Source: Candidatus Methanomethylophilaceae archaeon (GTDB taxonomy: Archaea; Thermoplasmatota; Thermoplasmata; Methanomassiliicoccales; Methanomethylophilaceae). From it: 64,000 nt of DNA. The notes under the pieces were generated by a model. The model had not been told where the DNA came from and did not search any database. It saw only the letters and a program-made list of their open reading frames with translations. Location: NCBI GenBank assembly GCA_944322255.1, contig CALUOK010000005.1, positions 18,286 to 82,285 of the forward strand, read 5' to 3'. Each line of letters begins with the position of its first letter. Positions within the stretch are counted from its first letter, which is position 1. Below, piece after piece: positions 63,963 to 64,000 of the stretch. The translations under genes were made by a program, and so were the position numbers.

Positions 63963-64000
63963 TGGTGCAAGGGAAGGGATTTGAACCCTCGAACTCCTAC
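63963..64000 (-). tRNA. tRNA, 3' part only (identity undetermined); the rest lies right of the window
   Basis: The reverse complement reads ...GAGGG-UUCAAAU-CCCUU-CCCUUGC-A-CCA, giving a T-arm, the acceptor 3' strand, the discriminator and CCA. Confidence 0.7.

Overview
This is a gene-dense 64-kb segment of a high-G+C archaeal chromosome. It holds about 70 protein genes, two complete tRNAs and a third tRNA cut by the right edge. I found no rRNA, no CRISPR array and no recognisable integrase or transposase. Archaeal identity follows directly from the gene set: class II GAPDH with PGK, a class I CCA-adding enzyme, archease, the aIF1A-Rio1-KH(Dim2)-Pus10-L21e-RpoF-DUF655-KsgA block, L15e and a family B DNA polymerase. 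BRE/TATA-like boxes sit 20-40 nt upstream of many ATGs. Metabolic content includes a complete echABCDEF energy-converting [NiFe] hydrogenase operon followed by a flavodoxin. It also includes two tandem acetolactate-synthase large-subunit paralogues, ilvC, glycerol kinase and a CoA-disulfide-reductase/rhodanese fusion. Further genes are a hybrid-cluster protein with a divergent Crp/Fnr regulator, an M24-TldD-PmbA peptidase operon and a rubredoxin/glutamate-synthase-FMN-domain fusion. Transporters are numerous: two tandem NSS, two MFS, NCS2, TauE/DUF1634 and CNNM. The combination suggests a host-associated, methanogen-related Thermoplasmata lineage (Methanomassiliicoccales-like), but that is inference from gene content only. 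Because of the high G+C, the ORF track contains many long Arg/Gly/His/Pro-rich shadow ORFs, which I reject. Many track ORFs also begin at upstream TTG/GTG codons, and I reset starts where a better-supported ATG exists. Seven places deserve a second look. (1) An AT-rich two-gene orphan membrane-protein island lies at 4.6-6.1 kb. (2) An AT-rich orphan block next to tRNA-Pro has duplicated identical palindromic promoter modules. (3) A class II Fic gene is separated by a single in-frame TGA from a degenerate nuclease-like ORF. (4) An unlisted 58-codon ORF and 23-nt direct repeats flank the rubredoxin-GltS fusion. (5) A bacterial-style hcp/Crp-Fnr module lies beside an HD-hydrolase gene whose reading frame runs 240 nt into the regulator gene. 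(6) A roughly 290-nt hairpin-rich non-coding stretch next to tRNA-Glu could not be assigned to any RNA family. (7) A ThiI-like THUMP protein has a degenerate PP-loop. I did not find a clear, self-contained novel multi-gene system, so all functional proposals below are hypotheses.
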